Shown here one piece after another: positions 12,121-25,423 of a stretch of DNA of 64,000 nt. The DNA is from Fistulifera solaris (Eukaryota), in the NCBI GenBank assembly GCA_030295235.1, contig AP026153.1, forward strand, positions 186,001 to 250,000, given 5' to 3'. Made by a program: the position numbers and the translations under genes. How positions within the stretch are numbered: position 1 is the stretch's first letter; each line of letters begins with the position of its first letter. The notes under the pieces were generated by a model that saw nothing but the letters and a program-made list of their open reading frames with translations, searched no databases and was not told the DNA's origin.

Positions 12121-12667
12121 TCTAGCACTAGAACTTATGACTTTTACATATAAATATTTATTACTAATTTCCTAAAGTCCAAATGAATTCTCTCATTCGA
12201 CTGAATTTTCCACTGTTTTTTTCTTTTGTCACAAATATTCCGATTCCGATTTGGCATTTTGCCGAGTTGCTTTTCGGAGTTGCGTTTTTGGGTTCGTGAA
12301 TGACAAGTCCTATACCATGATGACGTCAACCTATCCGGGTGCCGGACGGTCCGTCTACTGTACACTGAAACTGTACAGTCTACTGTGTTTGGAGTTACTG
12401 TAAGAAAAGAGCCAATGACATTGCACGACGACAAGACCTGGTACTCGTTCAACCGCAAGGAACGGACAAGACTTTCCGTTGTAAAAACTCTCACGAGCCG
12501 GCCGATCCCTTGGAGGGAGTTTTGGCTGCAAAAAAATTCGTCGGAGACTCCCAGAAGACGACGAGCGCTCGGTTCATTCAACTCGTTCAGTCATTCCTAT
12601 ACTATTATTGATTGTTCATCATTCATTTATCGGCTTTCTTACAGAAAAGAATGTTCAATACAACATC

Positions 12668-14846
12668 ATGTTAGGACCCGATCGCTTTACCTTCGAAACT
12701 CCCAATGTCATTGATCCGGGAGATATGCCACCGGTGGCGCCGCGTCGTGAATCCTCCAAGGAAACGACGACACCTTCGACCCATTCGTCTTCGGACGATG
12801 ACGATTCCGAATATCAACAAGCGCGTTCCAGTACCGCACGCTTATTACGAGATATTGAGGATTTGGAATTGACCGGTGACAAGAAGAATCCGTATTACGA
12901 CGACGATGACGAGGAAGAACAAAATCATCATTCGTTGCCGACCGCCGAAGAAGCGCGTCTGCATGCAACATCTCTTCTTTCGGCAAAACAGAATAATCGA
13001 CGAAGCAATCTCGGTCGGTCGGTGCGAATTGATGCTCCTTATCGAAAACATTTATTGCGCAAACGAATGATTCATTTGGCTTTTAAATACGGTTGGATTC
13101 CGTTATTCCTTTTGCTTCTCGTGGTGATAGTGGTAGTCATCGTTCGACACCGAACAACATCGGCACAACCCGGGGAACAGCAACGAAAATACAATTATTT
13201 TATCAATTTCCTGAGCCAATCCGGCATTACTTCGGTGCATCATTTGACGACGGAGGGAACGGCCCAACACAAAGCCGTTCTATGGTTGGCACACGAGGAC
13301 CAAGCACTGCCCACGGCGTTCCCCCGAGATCAACTAGCGGATTATCGATTTGTACAGCGCTATGTTCTGGCCGTTTTGTATTTTGCCCTCCAAGGCGAAG
13401 AATGGAACGACCCGGCCAACTTTTGACACCCCAACACGAATGTGCGTGGTACGCACCGTCCTACTTTGATCAATTTTTGGGACACTATTACGCGGTCGGT
13501 GTGACGTGTGATCCAGTCGAACTGCGCGTGCAAGATCTATTTTGCCCCGCAACAATTTAAAAGGTGTCTTGCCGACAGAATTGATGCATTTGATGCATCT
13601 GAAAATGTTATCGCTTCCGGGGAATACTGTGTTTGGAACCATTCCGTCCGGTCTCCAGGTATTGTCGCATTTGACCTATTTGGACCTAAAGTACAATCAA
13701 ATTTCCGGATACATACCAGATTGGATCAATCGTTGGAGCAATCTTGAAGTCTTAACGTTGTCGAACAATGCCATGGAAGGGGAGTGTCCCGGATGCCCTG
13801 TCGACACTGACACGCTTGCGCACACTCGCGTTGGATGACAATATGTTCACCGGCAATTTCTCTTTTGCGGAGTCGCTCACGCGATTGGAGTATCTTTACG
13901 CCGACCGGAATCTCTTTTCATTTCAAATTGACAAATCCTTCTTGTCAGCCTTGACCAAATTGGATGAACTCGATCTCAGTTCGAATGACATTTCTTGTAC
14001 GGAATTCCCGACCCATTTGTTGCAACATCCGAACTTGGATGTATTGGATTTGGCCGATAACCAACTGCAAGCTTCACTTCCGGCTCTCTTGGAAACGAAT
14101 TTGGGTCTCGAATTTTTATCATTGCGGGACAATCGTTTGTCGGGTCCTGTTCCCTCCAGTCTTCGATCGTTGCGGCGTTTGAAACACTTGGATTTACAGA
14201 ACAATGAATTGACGGGAAAGTTGCCGTTGGAGTTGAAAGAACTCACGGGATTGACGTATCTGGCCCTGGGTTACAACAACTTTAGTCGCACGCAAGATCT
14301 TCCACCCTTTTGGATGAATTGAGCAGTTTGCGGGAATTGTCGTTACCGTCTCATTCGCTGACGGGTACCATTCCCGGTTGGTTGGCGCAGTATTTACCCC
14401 AATTGATCTATTTGGATTTGAGTTACAACGAACTCAAGCTGGGGATACCCAGCAATTTATTGCAAATGTCGTCTTTGGAAATCTTGTTGTTGAACGACAA
14501 TCAATTGAGTGGGACGCTTCCTTCTTCTTCTTCTTCTGAAGTAGCCAACGATGCCTTGCAAGTTCTGACGTTGCATCACAATGGAAATCTTGCGGGGAAC
14601 GTATCACCATTGTGTGAAAATGGCTCTCTCTTGATGGGTTACGATTGCGCCACTTCCCTGCAATGTACGTGTTGTGCGGCCTGTTGTCCCACCGATGAAG
14701 ATTGCTATCACGACGAGTTGCGCAATACGATCGTGGCGAACGAAGGGTTGTGGGAATTCAAATACGAGCGTTCCCCCTTTGGCATGGAACCGGAACGCAT
14801 GGATGCGAACGATCTGTTTGCAGTATTGCATCAACAACAGCCATGA
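12668..14846 (+). CDS. Type II membrane leucine-rich repeat protein (plant-type LRRs)
   Basis: N-terminal cytosolic region and TM helix; AQHKAVLWL and QRYVLAVLYFALQG cap; repeated LxLxxNxLxGxIP; Cys-rich CxCC C-terminus. Indels near 13420, 13545, 13785 and 14310. Confidence 0.88.
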
Positions 14847-15172
14847 ATGCGGAGTACGTCTTGCCAAAAGCTATACGAATGAATAATGAAAATTATACTC
14901 TTATTGCAAAACTAGCATCCTCTCTTTTGTTGCTTTGGCCACGATGTGCATGGTGAGAAAAGGCTTTGTCGATGTCTTTCACTAAAACGAGCTACGCATC
15001 GTGTTTGCTTACAATTTTACTGGTCCAAAGTTTCGACGAAAGGCAAACGATAACTGCAACGTTTCGCGATAGCTTAACTTAACAGTCCTATCTAATCATT
15101 CGATTGAATTGCCTTTTAATTCTGTCATGCATTTCCGATTATATATATAATAGTCGAGTATATTACTTCTGA

Positions 15173-17182
15173 TTAGTCCACCTTAATGGTCCCAAAGATT
15201 TTTCGCGTAAACCACAGCGAGGTTAACGTTCCCACCGTTCCAAAGACCAGGAACATGGCAAAGCAAATCAAAAACATGTACCCGAAATACAACAAGTACG
15301 TCATAATCATGCGACTGGCTTCCAACGTGCGGAACCAAAAGATACTGTACGCAAACGTGTAAAAGGCGGTACTACCGGCACAAATAAAGGAATACCACCA
15401 CCAACGGTGATTCTCGGCACAGAGCTGGTAATACACCAACAAAACCGTGATTTCGGCGCAGGTTACAATCAGAATCAGGTACACAATCAAAGTAAAGCCA
15501 AACACGTAGTAGAATTGGTCCATCCACAAACTCGTCATGATAAAGAAAAAGTTCCACGTAGGCAGCGGCAAAGGGAATGACCCCCGTCAAGGCCATGCCC
15601 ACCATGGGGTGCATGAGAGGTGGAGACGGAGGAATCGCACGAGCAATCGTGCTCGTTACCGTGGGAAACTCAATGGGCTCGGCTTTGAAACCAAAGTAAG
15701 CTCCCAGGAACACAAGCGGGATCGAAACCAAACACCACATGGCTCCTACAATGATGACATCCAACAGCGGTGCGCTGGCGGAAGACTGCTTGAACCACAA
15801 GATAATGTTGAAGAAGAGGAACGTAAAGAAGGTGGTTCCGGGAAATAATACCGCCGTAAGAACGGTACACAGTTGCCAGTCCCGTCCACGGAAGGATTTG
15901 TAAATGTGACTGCTCAAATACCCCGCCACGATCCCGAATAACATGTACACTACCAGCAGAAAGATCATCAAGGACCCACGACGGGCGGGCGACAAGAATC
16001 CAATCGCCGAAAAGATGATGGCAAAGAGCGCCGTTAGGCACAATTGCGCCCCCGATCCACAAAAAGACACAATACAGCATCGGGACATTCTGCGGAGGCC
16101 GAAAGACATCGGCATGCACCAATTTCCATCCCGTCTCTTCCGATTCTTCGTCCTTTTCTTCATCCGCCAGAACAGCGAGCGCTTCGTAGGCGGCAATATC
16201 TCGTCGCAAGTTGCGCACCAAGACGGAAATGACCAATAAGGACAAGAACATGACGACCAGAATCGAATTGGTAATGGAATACCAGTGGACTTTGGCGGGG
16301 ACCAAATGATCTGTTGTTACACAAACGGGTGGGTGAGTGCGCGATATGTTCCACAGCGGCCACTGCCACACGGTTGTACGAACCTTCATTCAAATAAATA
16401 TCCCACCGCGACGTCCATTCAATGTCACTCGGTTCCCACACTACATCGTACGTATAAATGATCGTTTCATCGGGTTTCACGACTTGACTTAATTTGATTC
16501 GATCCCGGCTCAAATGCACATCCGCGGGGCACGTCTTCAATTTCTTCTTCTTGCCCTCGGCCGAGACACCATCCCATTTGTATTTGTTTTCGAATTCGTG
16601 TTTCACACTGAGAGGCTCGACCGCAAATCCCACGACACTGTACCCCCCATCTTCATTGGCATGATAATCGACATGAATATTGACGTGATTGTAAATGTAG
16701 GGAAGCTGCGTATCGGCCGACACGAACCCAATGGGAAACCCACCGGCGTAGCGTTTCTTTTCGTCCCCGTGCGCATCCAATCCCAAGGCCGCCGATGGCA
16801 AATTATCAATGATCCAATTGTTGTGATATCCGTATTGAATGTGCAATCTCAACTTGGAATGTTCCAATTTACTCAATGTCTTTTGACACAGTGGACGACA
16901 ATACACTTCTTCCAACATGTTCAACTCATAGGGTGAATTTTGGATTTTGTTGCCCGTCAAGAATTCTCCCAAATTTTCCGATACCATTTGTATGCCTTCG
17001 GGAGGTTCACAAAACGGTAAACGATAATAGCCCCGGGGCATTTGCGTGTGCGTCGATGTCATCGAATTGACCTTTAAAGGAACCTCTTCTCCTTCGCGGA
17101 AGGAATGCGGTTGCACGCCGGGAATATAAAACGCGTGTGCCGCGGAAGTGAAAGCGAATAAGAAAACGAGTGGAACGAACAT
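15173..17182 (-). CDS. Transmembrane 9 superfamily protein (EMP70/nonaspanin)
   Basis: Signal peptide plus FYIPG; ENLGEFL, SRWDIYL, HWYSITNS, GWKLVHADVFRPP, C-terminal IKVD. Intron 16311-16383; indels near 16070 and 15545. Confidence 0.95.
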
Positions 17183-17635
17183 GATGATGCTTCTTTTTAA
17201 TAATGAAAAAGAAATAGAACACACCGTTTATATCATTCCATCGCAATGGCCATGACCGCAGTTATCTTGCGACGATCGAACCTGCAGCGGCGGTAGGTTG
17301 GAGTACCTGGTAAAGTATACTTTTGTAGAGTAAAAACACCGGTCGTTCCTGCACTACTTCTATCTATGTTGCTGAAAATCCGTTGCGGCGGATAACTTGT
17401 TTCTTCGTTAACTACTTCAATACTTGATTTGTCGCAATGAAAAGAAAGGCCCGGCGCGGATGCGGCACCGCCTAGAGTTTTGTAGAGTGCGAATAGAGCT
17501 ATGGATAAGAATGTAGTCGGTGTGTTCCGTTCGCGCGCTCCTTTTTCTCGTCCCCGTGTCGCATTTGTTTCATTTTCCCCAACATTGGCTGCATCTCCTG
17601 CCCATTGCATCTTTTTTTGATTGACTGGCGAAATC

Positions 17636-20497
17636 ATGTCGACACAAGACACGAACGCGTCTCGTCGTAGACGTATCCATGACGACGATGATAATGACGA
17701 CGACGCGAGCAATGATGATTTCCTTCGAGACGACGCCCGCGCGGAACGACTCGCCCGACGGGCCGCCCAACGCCGTCGGGTCCGACAACGACAAGAATTG
17801 CTCGCCTTGGCGGGGGAAGCCGATGACTATCGTCCTGTCGAAGAAGACGATAACAACTATGATGACGACGACGACAACTACAATGATGATGATGCGCCTC
17901 CCGACGACGACGAAGAAGAAGACGACGGCGAAGATTTGCTCGACAATGCCGAACGTGATTATCAACGCATTGATGCGTTGGATCATTACGGGACGGAAGG
18001 CATTGATGATCGGGAATACGATCTTATGGATGACGAACAACGTCGAGCGGCCGAAGCCGAGCTTCGATTGAGAGATCGCAATCGCGGAGGTCGCAATGAA
18101 GGCTTTTACGGTATGTTGGATACGATGGAAGAAGACGAAGACGAAGAAGCGCGGCAGGCGCGGCGCAGTGGATTGGCGGCGCGCATTGACGAAGGTGACG
18201 CCGACGAAGATGGCGATGAAACAGATGAAGAAGATTTGGATGGCAACGATCAAGTCAACTTGGGTGCGTTTGATGTGCCGCTCCGCGAATGGATTGCGCA
18301 AGACCGCACCCGTCGCGAAATTCAACGAAGATTCCGGTCGTTTTTACGGAATTTCACGGGAAATTCCGAAGAGCGTCGTCGTGGCAATGGCATTTACGAG
18401 CACAAGATTCGGGCCATGTGTGCTGCGAACCTTTCGACCTTGCAGGTATCGTACTTGCATTTAATTGAAGCGCAACCCATCTTGGCCATTTGGCTGACGG
18501 ATGCCCCGAAAGACATGATTCCGGTTCTCAATGAAGCGGCCACGCGTCACACATTGATGCTGTTCCCGTCCTACCATGCCATACAGTCGGAAATTCACGT
18601 GCGTGTCGCGGACTTTCCCATTCTCAATTCGTTGCGCGAATTGCGTCGATCGCACCTCGATTCCATGGTCAAAGTGTTGGGCGTGGTGACCCGTCGTTCG
18701 ACGGTGTATCCTCAGTTGCAAATTGCCTACTATTCGTGTTTGGCGTGTCAGACGACACAAGGGCCGTTCCTCGTGGAAGGTTTCGGGTCGTCGTTGCCGG
18801 AAGCCAACAAACCGGATCAATGCTATCATTGTGACGCCACCAATTTCAAGTTGAATTCCGCCAAGTCCATTTACCGCAATGTGCAACGTTGGAATGTCCA
18901 AGAAACGCCCGGGTCTGTACCTCCCGGTCGCGTGCCTCGCACCAAAGAAGTCGTCGTCGCGGATGATTTAATCGATATCGCGCGACCGGGCGAGGAAATT
19001 GAAGTGACGGGTGTCTTTGAACATACGTTTGACTCGACGTTAACGTTGAAAAGTGGCTTCCCCGTATTCAGTACGTTCATTTACGCGAATCACGTCAGCA
19101 AACGCGAAGACGCCACCAGTGCCTCGAATTTGTCGGAAGAGGACATTCGTCAAATTTTGGAATTGGCGAAAGATCCCAAGATTGGTGACCGCATTGTTCA
19201 GAGCATTGCTCCCAGTATTTATGGTCAAGAGTTTTGCAAAATGGCGTTGGCGATGAGTTTGTTTGCCGGTGTCCCCAAACATGTGGATGACAAACATCGG
19301 ATCCGTGGCGATATCAATGTGTTGTTGCTGGGTGATCCGGGTACCGCGAAGAGTCAGTTGCTCAAATACGCCGAAAGCACGGCACCGCGTGCCGTGTACA
19401 GCACCGGCAAGGGTGCCAGTGCCGTAGGTCTCACGGCCAGTGTCCAGAAAGATCCGATCACCCGCGAATGGACGTTGGAGGGTGGTGCCCTGGTCTTGGC
19501 CGACAAGGGTGTTTGTTTGATTGATGAGTTTGACAAAATGAATGAACAGGACCGGACCAGTATCCACGAGGCGATGGAGCAGCAAAGTATTTCCGTGTCC
19601 AAGGCGGGCATTGTCACTTCGCTGCAAGCACGTTGCTCCGTCATTGCTGCCGCCAATCCCATTGGTGGGCGATACGACAGTTCCAACACACTCGCCGACA
19701 ATGTGGAATTGACGGACCCCATCTTACAGCGTTTTGATATCCTCTGCGTCTTACAGGATACCGTAGATCCGGTCGCCGATGAACGATTGGCGACCTTTGT
19801 TACAGGCAGTCACATGCGCTGCACACCGACCAGTGAGCTCGCGCGCGGTGAGCTTCCCCAGTCCGAAACACAACCGGAACGCCCCGGTCTCATTCCGCAA
19901 CAGCTGCTGCGCAAGTACATCCAGTACGCTCGCACCAACTTGAAACCCGTGTTACGAAACAACACCTTTGATCAGGAGAAAGTCGCCTCGTTGTACGTCG
20001 CCCTGCGACGCGAGTCTTCCGCCTCGGGCGGTGTGCCCATTGCCGTTCGACACATTGAGTCGATTATGCGCATGGCGGAAGCACACGCCAAAATGCACTT
20101 GCGCGAATACGTTCGTGACGATGACATGGACGCCAGCATCCGCATGATGCTGGAAAGCTTCATTACGGCGCAAAAGTTCAGTGTCCGTCGCGCCCTCAAG
20201 CGTTCGTTTGCCAAGTTCATCACGACGGGAGAAGATCGGGCCCATTTGTTATTGCACATTTTGCAGGACATGTTCCGGAAGGAACAAATGTATCAAGTGA
20301 TTCGTTTGCGACAACGCAATCAATTCGACAGTAGTGCCTTGGAGATCTTGGAAGTTCCCTTGGATGAGTTTGAAAGCCGCGCCCGCGAACGACGCATCTA
20401 CGATGTCTCCGACTTTTTGCGGGGCGCGGCGTTCCGTGAAGCAGGGTATGCGTACGATGACGAAAGGCGCCTCATTTTGCGCAAAATTGCCGAATAA
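17636..20497 (+). CDS. MCM2: DNA replication licensing factor MCM2
   Basis: Acidic N-terminus with histone-binding region, QETPGSVPPGRVPR, Walker A GDPGTAKS, Walker B IDEFDKM, AAANPIGGRY. Confidence 0.98.
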   Translation: MSTQDTNASRRRRIHDDDDNDDDASNDDFLRDDARAERLARRAAQRRRVRQRQELLALAGEADDYRPVEEDDNNYDDDDDNYNDDDAPPDDDEEEDDGEDLLDNAERDYQRIDALDHYGTEGIDDREYDLMDDEQRRAAEAELRLRDRNRGGRNEGFYGMLDTMEEDEDEEARQARRSGLAARIDEGDADEDGDETDEEDLDGNDQVNLGAFDVPLREWIAQDRTRREIQRRFRSFLRNFTGNSEERRRGNGIYEHKIRAMCAANLSTLQVSYLHLIEAQPILAIWLTDAPKDMIPVLNEAATRHTLMLFPSYHAIQSEIHVRVADFPILNSLRELRRSHLDSMVKVLGVVTRRSTVYPQLQIAYYSCLACQTTQGPFLVEGFGSSLPEANKPDQCYHCDATNFKLNSAKSIYRNVQRWNVQETPGSVPPGRVPRTKEVVVADDLIDIARPGEEIEVTGVFEHTFDSTLTLKSGFPVFSTFIYANHVSKREDATSASNLSEEDIRQILELAKDPKIGDRIVQSIAPSIYGQEFCKMALAMSLFAGVPKHVDDKHRIRGDINVLLLGDPGTAKSQLLKYAESTAPRAVYSTGKGASAVGLTASVQKDPITREWTLEGGALVLADKGVCLIDEFDKMNEQDRTSIHEAMEQQSISVSKAGIVTSLQARCSVIAAANPIGGRYDSSNTLADNVELTDPILQRFDILCVLQDTVDPVADERLATFVTGSHMRCTPTSELARGELPQSETQPERPGLIPQQLLRKYIQYARTNLKPVLRNNTFDQEKVASLYVALRRESSASGGVPIAVRHIESIMRMAEAHAKMHLREYVRDDDMDASIRMMLESFITAQKFSVRRALKRSFAKFITTGEDRAHLLLHILQDMFRKEQMYQVIRLRQRNQFDSSALEILEVPLDEFESRARERRIYDVSDFLRGAAFREAGYAYDDERRLILRKIAE

Positions 20498-20591
20498 TTA
20501 CAAGACTATAGTTATATATATGAAATGAAAACACAACAAAAGCACCGATTCAAAAACGTGACGTTCAATTTATACGGTAGTAGAAATTTCG

Positions 20592-21325
20592 TTAATGATT
20601 GGCGAGAGGAGCCGAAGGAATATGAAAGGCAGTTTCCGCGTCTTTGCCACCAATGGCATCGGCGGGAGTGGCCGGCAGTAAATAACTCGGCGTGGCTTCT
20701 TCCAATTCTTCCGCCTCCAACTCATCCCCAAGCATTTCCAGTTCGGCATCTAAATCGGCTTCATCAATATCATCGGGTGTGGCGAAATTTCGACCGAGGG
20801 CTTCATTGATGTCTGCGCGAGAAAGATAGAAAAGATGAGATTTTACCGCTACATTTTCTCCTTTCTATATACGATACACTCCGCCCCCCTTACCATTAAA
20901 ATCATCCATCAATTCCGCCATATCATCGGCTAAATCATCAATATCATCAATATCCAAATCTTTTCGCAACGTGCGCTTCAATTCTTGATTGGCGGCTTTC
21001 ATGGCCGCGACGGTGCTAATACTGGCTTTGGCCGATTCGAGACCAAAATTGGTTTGATCAATATTGAATTGTTGCGACGCCACCGTATCGCGTTGATTTT
21101 CGTACATGCGTTTGCGCTTGAGGACATCGAGAGCGCGTTTTTGCAACTGCTTCTTGGCGGCGACACTTGGGGCTTTTTTGATTTTATCCTTGTAAATTTT
21201 CAATTCGGCCTCGAGATCGGAAATCTTTTGATCCATGCTGCCAATGCGAGTCCCCAACCCGGCGGACGCTTCATCCAGCGATGGAGCCGGTCCGGTGGCT
21301 TTCTTTTGCCAAAGACGCGGTTCAT
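20592..21325 (-). CDS. VPS60: ESCRT-III protein CHMP5/Vps60 (Snf7 family); one intron at about 20813-20892
   Basis: MNRVFGK start, KRALDVLKRKRMYE, QQFNIDQ, TVAAMK; exon 2 INEALGRNFATPDDIDEADLDAELE. One indel near 21300. Confidence 0.93.
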
Positions 21326-21808
21326 TTGGTTGTGTCGGTAGTCGTAGTATTATCTCAAAAATAGAAAAAGTCGACTGGACGTCGTTTTCTTGTGCGAACT
21401 ATTATGTGAAGCCGTTCTCTCAACAAAGGAAAGTGTTTGCGTTTGTTTATCAGCTAGCTAGGAATATTCTGAATCGAATGATCAATCTGTGCAAATAATA
21501 GGATTTTTTATTTTCAAATGTGCAGCGGCGCAGCAGGCCGTCTTCATGGTGTGTGCGGCCGCGTGAATACGACGCGACAGGCGGAGAACGCATTTCATTC
21601 GTGGATTTGCTCGAATGTTCACTTTGAGTCGTGCAAAAATAAGGAGCCCACAATCTTATTCTCTAACTAGGATCGTAACTGACAACGAGCTATCTGGACC
21701 GCCCAACTAATCTCTATTCTTTATCTCTATCATAAGATTGTCATCGACCAAACGAAACGATAATAACCCAACAAAAGATATGCAATCCAACTTTCCAACA
21801 AAATCATT

Positions 21809-24800
21809 TCAATCGGAATGGTAACCGCTCACGTGTGTATTATTCCATGGTAGCACCGCATTGCTGGTGTGAGGTGCATAGCTACGTTGGTTCAATGGCC
21901 CTTCGGGTGGATTATGCAGCGGAGCGGGAGGTATACGTTCCTCTTCTTCTTCATCATCGTCCGAACACGGAGCTACGGGCATCGATTTCGAGCGAGCGGC
22001 AACATTGCGACGTTTCTGGACCATACCCGCAATAATACTGCGACTGTTCAAAACACCTTCATTCACCACATCGAGACGCTTAAAGGCGGCAAACGTATGC
22101 AAAATTTCTTCCTCATTCACTTTCCCCATCCGTACCAGCATCGCCAAGGAGAACATTTCCCGCGTACACTCGTCCAACGGAGTGTGGCCCGCCAGTCGTA
22201 ACCGTTGAATCACCGGACCGGTGGCCAGCTCCCGTAGGGCCGCATCGTCCAATTGGTCACCAAATTGCATGAGGACCGCGCGTTCCAATCGTCGCTTCCG
22301 CAGTTCCAACGGAATTAAACTGATCGCGGACATGTTGTTCAGTAGAATGGTTCCTGCGACAAGAATGTCTACAGAAAAATTATGAACCAAAAAGTGAGGA
22401 TCGATGTTAGGCGAATCAAAGGCGTAACTGACGTTGCACTTACACACAGTAGCAAATAATTTGCCACCTTTGGTAATTGGCACAATGTCACCATAACCAA
22501 CCCTGGAAGAAAATAGGGGTGAGTGTCGTGTTGTCAATGGTTATAGCTTCTTCTGTTTGAAAAACAAACGTACGTTGTTAAGAATACCGTGGTGAAATAC
22601 CAACTATCGATCATGGACCATTTTTCGATAAAGTAAAAACCCAGCGAGCCGGCGGCAATAATGGTCATGGAATTCACCAGCGCCTGTCGCAAGGTCAAGA
22701 ACACATATTTGGCCGTTTTCAGTTTCGTAAGATTTTCGTCAAACACCTCCTCTAAAGAAGAATCCGATGATGTCGAAGCGTCATCCGAACCTTCGTCGTC
22801 ACTTTCGCTTCCAGAATATTGTGCGTCCGATGTGGCATACTCGGACTCGACGCTTCCATAACGAGAGCTGGACCGGTTAAAGGATCGCAAAGGAACACTT
22901 TCTGAAATAGGGGTTTTTGATTCATCGCCCTTTCGACGAGATCGACTGTTCGACTGCGCGGATCCCAGTCTGTCCTCATTCAAGTCAAACGAATAGTGTC
23001 GCGTGTGTTTCTGACGTCCCAAAATTTGTCGTGTCACTGGCGAACCAAGTAACTCGTCTCGACTGTTTTGTGTTTGTATCTGCGCGAACGGTGGTGAAGG
23101 CTGGTCCGAGCTAGGTAGATTATCAGAAAAATTCACACCGAATGATTTGCGGTCTTCGCCTTTCGTCACTGGGGATGGCGTATGACACTCCGCGCTGGCG
23201 TGGGATGACGCGGGGCTACCAGTTGAATGAGAAGGACTGGATTTTTTCGAAGCTTCACGAGAGTACTGCCTATGTTTTTGTGGTTGACTTTCACGCCGCA
23301 TCGTTTGAACAGCCGGATGATTGTGCTTATGGCCACCGGTAGAAGCTCGCTCTGTTTGGTAATGATGGTGACCATGCATATTTGTGTGTTGCAGTCCAAA
23401 TGATTGGTTTACGACATCCTTGATGGTCCGCATTCTGGCACAATTTGGGCAGGAGTCGGCTAGTTTGGACTTTCTATCGATCCTTGCCCGTTCGTCTAGA
23501 ATACCAGCAATGTACGATCCGAGCAACAATCCGATGCACGAGACTCCAAAGAAGATAAAAATTGAGCATATAATTTTGTTGGCGTCACTGGTAGGAACGT
23601 TGTCACCAAGACCTATAAACACACACGTTAGAATGTCAATGTACAAGCCATCGTCTGTTCAAGACCATCTAAAACTCACCTGCCGTTGTCAATGTTACCA
23701 CGGCAAAGTAGATACAATCGAGCGGATCCCAGCCTTCTTCCAACCCAAAAATGAAAAGCGACGCAATCACATAGACGGTGAAATACGCCGCAAGGTAACT
23801 GGCGGGTCCACGCATCATTTCGGGAGCATCGGCGACGGAAAAGAATTCGCGTTGTCGGGTCCCGCATCGCGGGCACACAAACGTTGGGACTTTGTCGGGA
23901 TCGTGCTCGGCGGACAAGAATGGAGGACGAAAACTTGATCGGGGTGTTTTCGGGACCGCCTTGCCGAAATTGGCAAATGGGGATGTCTCACTAAACTGCC
24001 GCACGACACGTTGAAAACCACTTTTGTCCTCGGCATTGGGCTGTTCCAGCCGATCTAACGGTCGGTTATTAAATTGGTGGAAACGGCTTGGGACAGCCGT
24101 AGAGGCAGAATTACTGTTCATCATTGATTTCGTATAATCCCGTTTATTTCCGTGTACTATCTTTTGCGTACGAGCGTTGCTCGTCAAATCCTTGTCAGTA
24201 AGAATGACCGGATCCACCGAACTGTTCGATACATCCAAATTCGCCATTTGCATCAACCAAGCCTTTTTAGAGTCATTTCGCTTGGTTGGCTGCGCAGAAC
24301 TTTCGTTGGTAGGAACAAAAGGACCCACTTTTCGTTGACCCTCTTTCCGTTCTTTCCGAAATGGCGCTTCCGGTGGTTTATTGCGACGCCGATTCAATAA
24401 TCCCTTCTCTTCATCATCCTCTTCATCATCGACCACATCCGGCAGGGGGATCCGGTCCTGTTCCATCCCTTTCCAATCAACAATCCCGTGTCGCACCAAT
24501 TTGGCCGCCGCACCATCTCCACTCCTCGTCCGTCGATGCACGGGCCTCGTGATTCCGCGTACCCGGGGCGGTCGATGCACGGTCTTTTCATCATCGGCGG
24601 AATTGTGCGCTTCCGACGAATCTTTGCGGCGGGGGCGTGGATTGTTACTACTGTTATTCAAGAGTGGCACGGACGATGAGGGTTCATCGGAATCGGAAAA
24701 TGTCATTTGGAGTGAATCATTGACGGAAGTCGGGACACTGGCGGTCCGATGACGACTCTGAGGACTGTACGACGATTGCAAAAATCGAAAAATGGTATCC

Positions 24801-25310
24801 GTGTCGTGAAATCGACGATCCTCTTCCGTCAAGGAGGAATCGGATCGTTTCAATGGTTCTCCCGCCGACGACGAATGAAAACCTCCTTTACTTGGACGCA
24901 AATCATCGTCGGAATCACCCGAATCCTGCGCCTGCGGTGATACGGATGGATAAGTTTCGGAGGCTAGATGCCGACCATCGTACCGTGACAATCGATCGAT
25001 GCGATTGCGTCGGACGGGAACGGGCCATTGCAACAATACTTTGCGTTTCGCCATGGCGGGACTATCCCAACTGCTGATACTCGTATTTCCGGGACTGGTA
25101 GGATAGAGTGGAAGGGGATGTTCTTCATCGTCCGACAGAAATCGGGGTCGCGGCGGTCGCGTTCGTAGTATTCGATCCGAACAATCATCGGCATCTTCCG
25201 AAGCGGATGGTTCACTCATAAAGTGTTGATTGTTATCAGTTTTTCCTAATTGCAAGACAGGAACAGGAAAACCATTCGTAGTCGCTTCACCGTCGTCGCT
25301 CAATCGAAAA

Positions 25311-25350
<40 letters not shown>

Positions 25351-25423
25351 TTTGTTGTTGATTCTTCGCGGAGAGACTTTTCTTCTTGTTGCTGGGTAAT
25401 TGTTGCCGGCGTTGTGAACTCAT
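21809..25423 (-). CDS. Two-pore-domain K+ channel (TPK/K2P-like) with C-terminal EF-hand; 4 exons
   Basis: Spliced pore motifs TLTTAGLGD and FLTTVGYGD; YF preceding each pore; FKRLDVVNEGVLN EF-hand; GT-AG introns near 23613-23679, 22503-22572 and 22369-22443. Confidence 0.9.
25312..25349. repeat. (GAC)n trinucleotide repeat encoding poly-Asp in the K+ channel N-terminus
   Basis: About 12-13 tandem CGT units on the + strand. Confidence 0.9.
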
